Shown here piece by piece: positions 1 through 11,619 of a stretch of DNA of 64,000 nucleotides (within the stretch, counting starts at the first letter, position 1; each line of letters begins with the position of its first letter). The position numbers and the translations under genes were made by a program. Location of the stretch: NCBI RefSeq assembly GCF_030684315.1, contig NC_081359.1:79090804-79154803 (forward strand), read 5' to 3'. The notes below the pieces were generated by a model, which was given only the letters and a program-made list of their open reading frames with translations, did no database searches and had not been told where the DNA came from. Source of the DNA: Stegostoma tigrinum (Eukaryota).

Positions 1-2123
1 AAAATTAATGTTGCCCGGTGCTGAATGAAGCTGAATAATTTTGGCATGGATTATTCTACAATCTGAACCAATTTAGTTCTAGTAAAATTTTGATCCACAT
101 TTTTTCTCAAATTCAGCATTATTAATCCATCTAGTAAGCAAATTATGCTTCTCCACGATCAAAGTTTGTCTTTACTGCCTAATATTTAGCTATGTAACCG
201 CATGTTTCAAGGCTGTATCAATTGAATACTCCAGTGTCTATCTACGCAATCTTGCAAATACCTTCATTTACCTTTCTTCTGTCTTTGCACAGGCAGTCAC
301 CTCAACAGCTTAATGATACAACTTGGAAGACAGTACTTTAATCCATGAGAATGAAAACATGGGACTTGCTAAAATGGGGAGTGGGTGAATACATACATTT
401 TAAGGAGAAACGAAACCAACGCAAGAAGGAATAGGGATTGCTAAAGGTTATGGTGGTGAATTGAGATGACAAAAGGATTCTTGTGTGGAGAATAAAGGCT
501 AGCATGGAGATTTGACCTATTTCTGTTCTATATATTCTTTGCAATGATGTTATTACAATATTTAATGGCCAAATGCATGCTGAAAGGCTGTTTTAATAGA
601 AAATATACAAACAGAAGACATTCACATTGAATTTTGATTTTATTAATAATTCTCCTTATTAAAAAGTATTATTCAGTCTGTGATTTCCTATAATTATTAG
701 TGAGCTGTTTGCTGTTTCTTATGTGCAAAGTCTTTGAAACTAGCATAAACTTAGTAGAAGGCTCTCACAGTGCTTCTGATTTTTTTATAAGACCCTGGCA
801 ATCAATTATCTACCCCTGTAGTTTTTACCTTAGTAACTGCACATTCCTCCAAATTGTCAAGCATGTCTATGCACTGAATTTGATCACACACATTACTTGT
901 TCTTCCTATTTAATTATCTGATATTCTATCGATATGTAAATGAATGGGCAGCCAACTCCCATATTTCAATAATTCCATTAAATGAACTGCTTATTATATC
1001 AAAAACACTTTGTGATACTGATCACTTTTGGATGATAGAGTTTAAAAGACCAGAGCACTGTCATAAAAACTTTTTAGATTCTCAATTATTTGAGTAGGTA
1101 CTGCCAAATGAATATTAGCCAAGCATATTTACATTTCTTGGAATTTCAGCTGTCTCTCCATGGAGTTGTCTGAGTGCAATTTCAACTGAATTGTAATAGG
1201 AATCTCTTCATGAATATAACATCCTCAATGGATGCAAAACTCTGTCATACGGATTGATCTTGTAGCCATAGAAAACTCTAATGCCAAAATAAAGGGCCAG
1301 AATCCTGCAGTTCAAAGCCTACCTCCTTGAATACATTGATGAATAACATAATTGTTAGTCCAGTAGGGCATAATTCTATTGATTTTATTTGTTATAATAT
1401 TCTTTAGAATCCCACAAAAATGAGTAAAAGGTCAGGATTTTGTTGCACAGCAGTTACTTCATAGTTACTGGTTTCTACATTGCAACAGTAGCAATGGCTT
1501 CAAGGATGCTAATGTCCATATTTTATTCAATGTTTCTGAAAGAACACTAAAGATTCCGGATTCTTGTTTCAGTTTGGAGTAATATGATTACTTGAATTAT
1601 AAAGGTAGGCTATTTCCTATATTTTGGAATGAGAAGAATCAAATGGTAGGTAATCCAAGTCAGTCTTCATTGCTTTACATTGTGGTAAAATGGTAACTGT
1701 TAGTATTGTGTTTTACCATCACATCTTACAGCATTCATAAGAATAAAATGTTCAAATCACAGATCTTGTGCTATGGAAACAAATAGAGTTGGGAGGTAGC
1801 CAAATTGTAACAATTAGTAGCCAACAAACTGGGATACATACTGAGTGCCAAATAACAGGCTTTTCAAAATTTATAGCAAGTCATTAGCAGTAAGTTCCAG
1901 ACTTCAGGAAAATGCAATCAGAGATGTAGAACTGGGCTTTCATCACAGCATAGGACCGATTCATGCCAGTTAGAAATGTTTTATTGTAAAAGACAATTAC
2001 ACTGAAAAGGTAACAGGGAGGTGATGGTGTGGTATTGATGCAAGCAAAATTTTCCTTCTTGTGAAGATCTTGGAAAAATCACCACTGCAAACCAAGACAA
2101 GAGTGCAAACAGAAGTAATAAGG

Positions 2124-2219
2124 TCTCAGGAAGGCTGTTTGGTTTAAGGAAAATGTTGAGAGAAATATTTAATTCTCTGGAATGACGAGTCACTGAGTTT
2201 AGATCACTCAGTCTGAATT
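2124..2219 (-). repeat. Left copy of a ~95-bp inverted repeat pair (partner 4323-4418)
   Basis: The reverse complement aligns without gaps to 4323-4418, roughly 85-90% identical by eye. Both translate as FRLSDLNSVT..SRE.NISLNIFLKPNSL. Confidence 0.9.
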
Positions 2220-2684
2220 CATGTTTTAGATTTTTTTTAAAAATCTTATTTCTGTATACTCCCTCTGTGCATGTGCACTGGCAGACCTGAGACACAATAG
2301 GGCTCTGGGTTTCATGGTAATAATCATGTCAAATTCTTGTTGCATATTCCTTCCAGCTTTTCCAGCTCAAAAGTAATCTTGCAGTGGTGGGGGTGGTGGT
2401 TGGAGTCAGGGGGTTGCAGATTGCCTGCTAGGTCCAATCACACCTCCAGGGGCGTCTTGTCCATATGGAACATATACTCTGCTTTACAATGAGGGTGTTG
2501 GCAGTGTGGGAAGTTGTGGTGGTGGAGATAGTGAAAATACTGGCTGGAAACAACCTACATTAGTATTGTGGAGCTAGAATATGCTCCTCTGTTCCCTTTG
2601 GGTCCACATAAGACTTGAAGAAATAATTTGCCTGGTGTGATGTCAGCTGATAGGATGGAGTGGAGCAGGCCAGGCCGAGAAAAG

Positions 2685-3075
2685 CAAAGTACCATGGATC
2701 CTGGAAATCTGAAATAAAAATAATAAGTAGTGGAGAAACTCAACAGGTCTGGCAGCATCTGTGGAGAGATAAACAGAGTGAAGGTTACAAGTCCAACATG
2801 ATTCTTTTTCAGAACTGTAAGTCATATCGGATTTGAAACATGAACTCTGTTTCTCTCTTCACTGATGTTGGCAGACCTGCTGAGTTTCTCCAGAACATTC
2901 TGATTCTATTCCAAGTGAATTTTTTTTAGCATCTGCAGCATTTTGTTTTTATTTGAGTGTTTCTTCTTCAGAGCTATTCAAAAGAAGATCATATTGGATC
3001 TGAAATATTAACTCTGTTTGTCACTCCACAGATTTGCCAAACTGTTGTGTATCTCCAGAATTCTCTCTTTTTATT
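2685..3075. mobile_element. Decayed ORF-less Penelope-like hairpin element(s), family B
   Basis: Inverted arms ggagaaactcaacaggtctggcagcatctgtggagag / ctcttcactgatgttggcagacctgctgagtttctcc, a gcatctgcagc tail and a third partial arm at ~2970-3075. Same family as 55334-55558. Confidence 0.7.
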
Positions 3076-3185
3076 AACTACCTTGTAAGCACTAAACAAC
3101 TTCTCCAATGGGCATTTAAATAGCCTTTGGACTTGTTGATATATCGGAGGCCAAACAGTAAAAGCCCTGATGAATTAAGCAATCA

Positions 3186-3263
3186 GCTTGGCCTGCTGTG
3201 TTCATCCAGCTCTTCACCTTGTTATCTCAGATTCTCCAGCATCTGCAATTCCTACCATCTCTG
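3186..3263 (+). mobile_element. Penelope-like family A terminal fragment (arm end plus tail)
   Basis: gcttggcctgctgtgttcatccagc...attctccagcatctgca matches 6774-6849. Confidence 0.8.
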
Positions 3264-3959
3264 AAACAAATATTCAACTTGGACACAGCCAGATTGCAAC
3301 ATTTGTCATTACATGTATTTTGCTCTGTGATACTGATGTAAATTGTTTAAATTTCTGTCCCTTTTCTTTTCTTTGAGAGTGACATGATACAATGTGGAAA
3401 ATCAGTATGAAAGAAACAAGTTGAAAGGAAAATCTAATTTTAGATTTCAGATTGAGCAGATGTGTAGGCCATTGAACACTGGTATTAGATTTTAAATGCA
3501 AATGTAATTCAATTTCAAAAAACTGCCACCACAATATGGGAATTTTGCAAATGGCACATGAAACATTAATAGGATTTTTAAAAAGAACTATATGTTCTAT
3601 TATTGCTATTGGAGTTTTTCTAGGACTTTTCAAAATACAGTCTCTCTCGTACAGGCTAAAAATTGTAGCACTCCCTTCTGGAGGAAACATCTGAAAGATT
3701 TATAATATTTTTATCGACACCAAAAAAAATGGACAAAGGATAATTGTGATATTTTAAATAGATTGTAAAAACATGTTCATAAAAGCATAGCCAAGAACGT
3801 GCTGTTAAATATATAACACAATCTAATTTTGTTCCAATACCAGTTTCTCATGGTACTGTTAAAGGGCATGGCTGTCATAGTAATTTAAACCTTGAAAAAT
3901 ATTTGTCACCATTGTAGTTGTGATGGAATGTTTAGGATTGATTGGGTCTCAAGCACTAA

Positions 3960-4225
3960 TCAGACATTCAGGGGAAGTACATTGCACCACATTTGAAGAG
4001 TGAGAGACAATTGTGCTGCTGGGAATGATGTTGCAGCGGGGGTAGGAAACTAAAACAACAAGAGGAAAGCAGCATATACTGTGATTTTGCACAGGAAACC
4101 AGCAGCACCTTCTGCTAGAGTGAGATAAGAAAACTCCCATGGCCCATGCAGGACAGGGCTCCTGCTATCTGCCTGCCAATGTGTTTAAGCACCACCTCTT
4201 AGCAATGGAACTTGCACAAAGGCTG
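3960..4225. promoter_or_regulatory. Candidate endothelial enhancer in intron 10
   Basis: Apparently non-repetitive cluster of ETS (3973, 4044, 4063, 4091), SOX (acaattgt 4007, acaaag 4216), RBPJ (tgggaa 4020), GATA (agataa 4123, ctatct 4165) and FOX (tgttta 4182) motifs. Motif evidence only. Confidence 0.45.
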
Positions 4226-4322
4226 TCAATTCATATGAACTCCAAAGTAAGACATGATTTTGAATTTCTGAACGGTAAAGGTCTTTATCTGGATTCAAAA
4301 TTCACCCTGAACGTAGAGAACA

Positions 4323-4418
4323 AATTCAGATTGAGTGATCTAAACTCAGTGACTCATCGTTCTAGAGAATTCAATATTTCTCTCAACATTTTCCTGAAGC
4401 CTAACAGCCTTCTTGAGA
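4323..4418 (+). repeat. Right copy of the ~95-bp inverted repeat pair (partner 2124-2219)
   Basis: See partner. This copy has a perfect AP-1 site, tgactca, at ~4350. Confidence 0.9.
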
Positions 4419-5411
4419 ACAAAAGAAATAGCATGAAGTGATTTACATACAAACGATGATGTTGTAGAAGGTTTACCTCCAAACTTTTGTTTGATTTCTG
4501 ATTAAAAGGCTTAGTTCCATTCAATTAACACATACTTCCTTTAATCCATTAGAACTTTTATCTTCAAAAGCTTACTGTTTACACTCAGGCACTGCGTGGC
4601 AGATTTTCAATTATAGCGCACAGCAGTAGTTGGAGCAGTTATACCACCCGTTCTGTAGCAACAGCAAGAGCCTTGAATCCATTTATGCTGGGGCCCCAAT
4701 GAAAATATTTATGAATGGTCCTGCTTGATTCAGTTAGTGCATAGGCCATCCATTTCAAGTACAGCTTACAAATGGATTCAAGTAGGCCAAGTGTGTCCAT
4801 TGAACAGGCAGACTTTAAATATATATTCAGCTGCCTACCTCCGTTTATTTTAACAAAAAAACCCACAATGGGAGGAATTCAAAGAATGTCTTCATTCTGA
4901 CACTTATTAGTGAGACATGAGGGGAATGTCATTTACCTGGGAATCCAGTTCTTTTGATTGCCACACAATGGTTATTACCCTAAAAAAGGTCAGTTTGGTT
5001 TTAACTATGATGCCTCCTTTAGTCAAATAGCCTCTCACCTAGGTTTACAAAATAAGAATTTGAGCAAAACAATAAAATGTGACTAAGACCAATAGAGGCA
5101 ATGTGGATCAATGCCTTCAGAAAAGATCAGATTAGGAAGGTTACTATTTCCTTCCTTGTCAAGCAGTATTAAATTTTCAGAGAGTGCATTTTAGCCGACC
5201 TATATAGAAAATATCTGATAGCCAGATTGATAAAGCATTTGTGTTTTAACTCCCTACAGCAAATGACATGATGAAATTCTGAATTTAAATATATACAATA
5301 ACTTTGATGAATTGAAAGATGACATAAAAGGACAGGAATTGTATCATGATAATAAAATGTGAGGCTGGATGAACACAGCAGGCCAAGCAGCATCTCAGGA
5401 GCACAAAAGCT

Positions 5412-5439
5412 GACATTTCGGGCCTAGACCCTTCATCAG
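5412..5439 (-). ncRNA. Minimal hammerhead ribozyme motif (one C>T in stem III)
   Basis: CTGATGA-A-GGGT CTAG GCCC-GAAA-T-GTC on the minus strand. Confidence 0.55.
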
Positions 5440-5846
5440 AGAGGGGGATGGGGAGAGGGAACTGGAATAAATAGGGAGAGAGGGGGAGGCGGACCGAAGA
5501 TGGAGAGTAAAAAAGATAGGTGGAGAGAGTGTAGGTGGGGAGGTAGGGAGGGGATAGGTCGGTCCAGGGAAGACGGACAGGTCAAGGAGGTGGGATGAGG
5601 TTAGTAGGTAGCTGGGGGTGCGGCTTGGGGTGGGAGGAAGGGATGGGTGAGAGGAAGAACCGGTTAGGGAGGCAGAGACAGGTTGGACTGGTTTTGGGAT
5701 GCAGTGGGTGGGGGGGGGGGGGGGAAGAGCTGGGCTGGTTGTGTGGTGCAGTGGGGGGAGGGGACGAACTGGGCTGGTTTAGGGATGCAGTAGGGGAAGG
5801 GGAGATTTTGAAACTGGTGAAGTCCACATTGATACCATATGGCTGC

Positions 5847-6506
5847 CCCACCACCCAAGACATTTTTCCATCCCCTCCCCTGTCTGCTTTCCGGAGAGAC
5901 CACTCTCTCCGTGACTCCCTTGTTCGCTCCACACTGCCCTCCAACCCCACCACACCCGGCACCTTCCCCTGCAACCGCAGGAAATGCTACACCTGTCCCC
6001 ACACCTCCTCCCTCACCCCCATCCCAGGCCCCAAGATGACATTCCACATTAAGCAGAGGTTCACCTGCACATCTGCCAATGTGGTATACTGCATCCACTG
6101 TACCCGGTGCGGCTTCCTCTACATTGGGGAAACCAAGCGGAGGCTTGGGGACCGCTTTGCAGAACACCTCCGCTCAGTTCGCAACAAACAACTGCACCTC
6201 CCAGTCGCAAACCATTTCCACTCCCCCTCCCATTCTCTAGATGACATGTCCATCATGGGCCTCCTGCATTGCCACAATGATGCCACCCGAAGGTTGCAGG
6301 AACAGCAACTCATATTCCGCCTGGGAACCCTGCAGCCATATGGTATCAATGTGGACTTCACCAGTTTCAAAATCTCCCTTTCCCCTACTGCATCCCTAAA
6401 CCAGCCCAGTTCGTCCCCTCCCCCCACTGTACCACACAACCAGCCCAGCTCTTCCCCCCCACCCACTGCATCCCAAAACCAGTCCAACCTGTCTCTGCCT
6501 CCCTAA
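5847..6506 (+). pseudogene. C-terminal part of the Penelope-like ORF: Zn-knuckle linker and GIY-YIG endonuclease (RT domain missing)
   Basis: CNRRKCYTC linker, then NVVYCIHCTRCGFLYIGETKRRLGDRFAEH...VANHF...EQQLIFRLGTLQPYGIN. The N-terminus of ORF 5595..6506 is read-through of the inverted arm. Confidence 0.9.
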
Positions 6507-6722
6507 CCGGTTCTTCCTCTCACCCATCCCTTCCTCCCACCCCAAGCCGCACCCCCAGCTACCTACTAACCTCATCCCACCTCCTTGACCTGTCCGTCTT
6601 CCCTGGACCGACCTATCCCCTCCCTACCTACACTCTCTCCACCTATCTTCTTTACTCTCCATCTTCGGTCCGCCTCCCCCTCTCTCCCTATTTATTCCAG
6701 TTCCCTCTCCCCATCCCCCTCT

Positions 6723-6750
6723 CTGATGAAGGGTCTAGGCCTGAAACGTC
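6723..6750 (+). ncRNA. Minimal type I hammerhead ribozyme motif
   Basis: CTGATGA-A-GGGT CTAG GCCT-GAAAC-GTC: catalytic core, stem II, palindromic ACGT stem III and GUC cleavage triplet. Stem I is only ~2 bp. Confidence 0.7.
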
Positions 6751-7524
6751 AGCTTTTGTGCTCCTGAGATGCTGCTTGGCCTGCTGTGTTCATCCAGCCT
6801 CACATTTTATTATCTTGGAATTCTCCAGCATCTGCAGTTCCCATTATCTCAGGAATTGTATCATAGCTAGTTAAATGATATCTATATCTTTAAGATCATC
6901 TGAGGTTAGAGTTTGGAATTGGGAATTGTGAAAGCTATTCACATGTGCTTGCTGCTCTTTCATTCTTCCCACTGTTTGAACAGAAAACAATGCCACAAAA
7001 GTAAAATAATAGCTTCCCCTTAAAAGACAATAATTAGATAGTGAATATTTGCAAGTTATGCACCATCAATAATCACCTGTATTTTAAATGTAGAGCGTTA
7101 TCACTGTTCCATCACTGTTCTTGATTTATTAGATTGTCTGCTTACCCTAACCCAAATGGAGTGCGCAGTCTTTCAATTTCTACTGCAGTCTGGCTGTTGT
7201 GTTGAAATAAGCTTGGATCATACAGTATGCATGATGTCCATAGTTCTTTGTTTTTCATGTCAGCAGTTATGTTGAATTAAAACCATATAAACATCAGCCA
7301 GGGAAACAAGCTTGCTTATTTTGTTTCTGAATATATTCAAGGGATGCCAATCAGCTTCTCTAAATCCGAATTCCTTATGACATCACAGACAGACACTTTT
7401 TTTCTGACTGATCCCTGGAGGAATTGAATATATTTTCCTCTTTTGGGTAAATAAGTTATTAATAATCAAGAAAAGTTGCAGTTGGTAGCTGTTGTCCTTC
7501 CATCAATTTTGAGAATCCCAATTT

Positions 7525-7830
7525 GGCACCCCATCTACCACCATTAACGTTCACTTGCTCCACTACCAACATATAGTGGGAGTAATGTGTAGCATCTATA
7601 AGATGCACTACAGTAAATCACCAAGGCTCCTTAGACAGCACCTCCCAAACCCATAATGTCTACCATCTAGAAAGACAAGGGCAGCTGATGCATGGGAACA
7701 GCACTGGGTGTACCTACATCCATGGTGTACAGCAGTTCAAAATGACATCACCTTCTCAAGGGATATAGGGACATCTAATAAATATCAACCAAGCCAGCAA
7801 CACACACATCCTATGAACAAATAATAAAAG
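7525..7830 (+). mobile_element. 3' end of an old L2/CR1-group LINE
   Basis: catctataagatgcact...ccaaggctccttagacagcacctcccaaaccc...caccttctcaaggg...A-rich end. The tail resembles the end of 35205-35570. Confidence 0.6.
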
Positions 7831-8032
7831 AAAACAATAGTGGAAAACTGGTTAATCAGAGCCAAAAAGTTTTAACTTAAATTGGTACATAATTGGGAAA
7901 ACTGACCAAAATACTCTCTAGTTTCTGTTAAGAAAGCACAGAAAAAGATGATTTAATGCTTGATTTCCTAACCCATATTGCTGGCTACCAGCATTGCCAA
8001 CATCAGCAATTATAAGATCACCACTATTAGTA

Positions 8033-11000
8033 CATAAGAACATAAGAACTTGGAGCAGGAGTATGCCATCCAGCCCTTCGAGCCTGCTCTGCCATTTAGT
8101 AAGGGCATGACTGATCTTTTTGTGGACTCAGATTCACTTACTCACGCTCTCACTGTATCCCTTAATTCCATTATTGTTCAAAAAAAAAATCTACCTTAGC
8201 TTTAAAGACATTTACTGAAGTGGCGTCAACTACTTCACTGGGCAAGGAATTCCACAGATTCACAACCCTTTGGGTGAAGAAGTTCCTTCTCAATTCAGTC
8301 CTAAATCTGCTCCCTGTAATCTTGAGGCTATACCCTCTTGTCCTAGCTTCACCTGCAGTGGAAACATCCTCTCTACTTCTATCATATCTATTCCCTTCAT
8401 AATTTAATACATTTCTATAAGATCCCCCCCTCAATCTTCTGAATTCCAATGAATATAATCCCAATCTACTCAGTTTCTCCCCATAAGCCAACCCTCTCAA
8501 CCCCGGAATCAACCTAGTGAAACTCCTCTGCACCCGCTCCAGTGCCAGTCAATCCTTTCTCAAGTAAGGAGGCTAAAACTGCACATAGTACTCCAGGTGT
8601 GGCCTCACCAGCACCTGTATAGCTGCAACATAACCTCGCTGCCTTTAAACTCGATCCCTTTAGCAATGAAGGACAAAATTCCATTTGCCTTCCTAATTAC
8701 TTGTTGTACCTGCAGACCAACCTTCTGTGATTCCTGCACAAGGACACCCAGCCCCTCTGCATAGCAGCGTGCTGCAACTTTTTACCATTGAAGTAGTAAT
8801 CGTTTTTACTATTACTCCTACCGAAATGTATGACTTCACATTTATTTACATTGTATTCCATCTGCCAGACCTTTGCCCACTCACTCAATGTATCTATGTT
8901 CCTCTGCAAAGTTTCACAGTCCTCTGCACATTTTGCTCTGCCACTCATCTTCGTGTCACCTACAAACTTTGACACCCTACATATTGTCCTCAACTCCAAA
9001 TCATCTATATAAATTGTACATAATTGCGGTCCCAACACCGATCCCTGGCACACCACTAGTTACTGATTGCCAGCCAGAATAGCACTCATTTATCCCCACT
9101 CTTTGTTTCCTGTCAGTCAACCAATCCTCTATCCATGCTAATGAATACTTTACGCCTAACGCCATGCATCCTTATCTTATGCAGCCGCCTCTTGTGCGGC
9201 ACCTTGTTGAAGGCCTTTTGGAAATCTAGGCATACCACATCCACTGGGTCCCCATTGTCCACCTTGCTTGTAATGTCTTCATAGAATTCCAAAAGATTTG
9301 TCAAGCATGACCTGCCCTTCATGAATCCATGCTGCGTCTGCCCAATGGGACAATTTCTATCGAGATGCCTTGCTATTTCTTCCTTGATAATAGACTCAAG
9401 CATGTTCCCCACTACGGAAGTTAAGCTAACTGGTCTATAATTCCCCATCTTTTGTCTGCTTCCCTTTTTAAACAGTGGCATCACATTTGCTGTTTTCCAA
9501 TCTGCTCAGAATGCCCCGGAGTCCAGCAAATTTTGGAAAATTACCGCCTGTACACCTGCAATTTCTCCCGCCATCTCTTTTAGTACCCTGGGATGCATTC
9601 CATCAGGGCCAGGAGACTTATCAATCCTTAGCTCCATTAGCTCATCCAACACTATCGCTTCTGTAATAATGATTGTTTACAGATCCTCACCTACCTCCGA
9701 CTCTTTGTCAATTACTGACATGTTATTAGTGTCCTTCACTGAGAAGACCGATACAAAATACCTGTTCAATGCCTCAGCCATTTAATGACATCCCACAACT
9801 AAATTCCCTTTCTCATCCTCCAAAGGGCCAATGTTTACTTTAGCCACTCTTTTGTTTTATATTTTTATAGAAACTTTTGCTATCTGTCTTTATATTCTGT
9901 GCTAGTTTTTTTCTCATGTTCTATCTTACTTTACTTTGTAGCTCTTTTTGTGCCTTTCTGTTGACCTTTAAAGTTTTCCCAATCTTCTTGTTTCATGCTG
10001 TTTTTGGCAACTTTATACGCCTTCTCTTTCAATTTGATAGACTTCCTTATTTCCTTAGACACCCATGGCAGATTACTCCTTTTCTTACAATCCTTCCTTT
10101 TCACTGGAATATACTTCTGCTCAGCACTTTGAAAATCCTCCACTGCTTGTCAACTGTCCCATCATAAAATCTTTGTTTCCAGTTTCCTTTAACCAAGCCC
10201 TCCCTCATTCTATTATAGTCTCCCTTGTTCAAACACAGGGCCCTGATATTGGATTTTATCTTCACACTCTCCATCTGTATTCTAAATTCAAAAATACTGT
10301 GATTGCTCCTTCCAAGAGGATCCCTAACTATGAGGTTATTCATTATTCTTGTCTCATTACACAGGACCAGTTCTAGGATAGCTTGCTCCCTCGTTGGTTG
10401 CATTACATACTGTTCCAGAAAACTATCATGGATACACTCAACAAACTCCTCCTCAAGGCTACCCTGACAGAGCTGGTTCAACCAATCTACATGAGATTAA
10501 AATCCCTCATGACAATTGCCGTACCATTTTTATAGGCATTAGTTATTTCTTTGTTTATTGCCTGCCCCAATGTGATGTTATTATTTGGTGGCCTATAGAC
10601 TACGCCTATCAGTGACATTTTCCTCTTAGAATTTCCAATTTCCACCCAAATGGATTTAACCTCATTCTCCATAGAACCTATATCATCTCTCAGCACCGCC
10701 CTGATGTCGTTCTTGAATTTCAGAGCTACACCACCTCCCTTACCTTCCTTTCTGTCCTTCTGAATAGTCTGGTACCCCTGGATATTTAACTCCCAGTCGT
10801 GACCAGCCTGTAACCGTGTTTCCATAATGGCGACCAAATCATATTCATTCGCGATGATTTGTGCTGTTAACTCATCAACCTTGTTACGAATGCTACGAGC
10901 ATTCAGGTAAAGTGCCTTTATGCTAGTTTTTTTACCCTCATGATTTCCAGCATCTCTAATAATATCTCCTGAGTTATCCTTCCTTTTTGCTTCTTTCACA

Positions 11001-11430
11001 GTCTGCCCTGAACTTTAACCCCCTGCACACGTGCTAACTTGCCGCTTACCTTTTTACTTACCATCACACTCCCTGGTGTTTTTCCTTCCCCCCAACTCAT
11101 TAGTTTAAAGTCCTAGTGACCACCCTATTTATCCTTTCCACTAGAACACTGGCTCCAGATCGGTTCAGGTGGAGACCGTCTCATCGGTACAGATCCCCTG
11201 GTTCCAAAAGTGTTGCCAATGCGCCATGAAATGGAACCCCTCTTTCCCACACCACTCCCTTAGACACGTGTTTACTTCCCTAATTTTCTTATCCCTAAGC
11301 CAATTTGCACGTTGATGGGGCTGTAATCTGGAGATTTTGACCCTTGAGGACCTGTTCCTTAATTTCATTCCTAGTGCTTGATAATCCCCAAACAGGTCCT
11401 CCATCCTAGACTTGACTATGTTGTTAGACA
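8033..11430 (-). mobile_element. CR1 LINE, long decayed copy (ORF1 esterase end, AP endonuclease, RT, (TTCTTATG)n tail)
   Basis: ORF fragments YLNARSIRNK...GGGVAL...MRDFNL, NYRPVSLTSVV, QHGFMKGRSCLTNLLEF, QGSVLGP..YIDDL, FFTQRVVNLWNSLP; cataagaa repeat at 8033-8048. Confidence 0.93.
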
Positions 11431-11619
11431 ATTTCATGGATCAACTTTTATCATAAATAACTAGATCAACATATTGGAATCAAATACTTCCTAGCTCATG
11501 GAAGCAGATGTCTCACCAGATCTATTCTACTTGTCTGCCATGCTAAACATTTTCTGAATCAGCCATTGCTATAGCCTGGTAGTCATATCTTTCTTTAGTT
11601 TCTCTCCTTTCACCCTTCG

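Larger units (their letters stand above)
5348..6849 (+). mobile_element. Young 5'-truncated Penelope-like retroelement (Neptune type), palindromic: inverted arms 5348-5846 / 6332-6814, core 5847-6331, 35-nt tail 6815-6849
   Basis: The arms are near-identical reverse complements. A 15-bp target duplication caggaattgtatcat lies at 5333-5347 and 6850-6864. Encodes a GIY-YIG endonuclease. Confidence 0.93.

Noticed and set aside
240-345. Possible exon 11 ending at a gtaaat donor near 270
   Set aside because: No frame resembles the expected Ig5 continuation (GNRIESI...EGKNK-like). Exon 11 probably lies beyond the window start.
1981-4441. Two ORFs with near-identical peptides (FRLSDLNSVT...) suggesting paralogous genes
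   Set aside because: Similarity is confined to the 95-bp inverted repeat, with no splice signals or recognisable domain.
5700-5765. Poly-G tract as a G-quadruplex regulatory element
   Set aside because: It is part of the Penelope arm. The run is longer than in the opposite arm, consistent with slippage or sequencing error.
5582-6487. Long overlapping Pro/Gly-rich ORFs (5582..5974, 5664..6167, 6119..6487) and the 303-aa ORF taken as a complete gene
   Set aside because: They are alternative frames and arm read-through of a GC-skewed Penelope element. Only the GIY-YIG part is real, and it lacks the RT and a true start.
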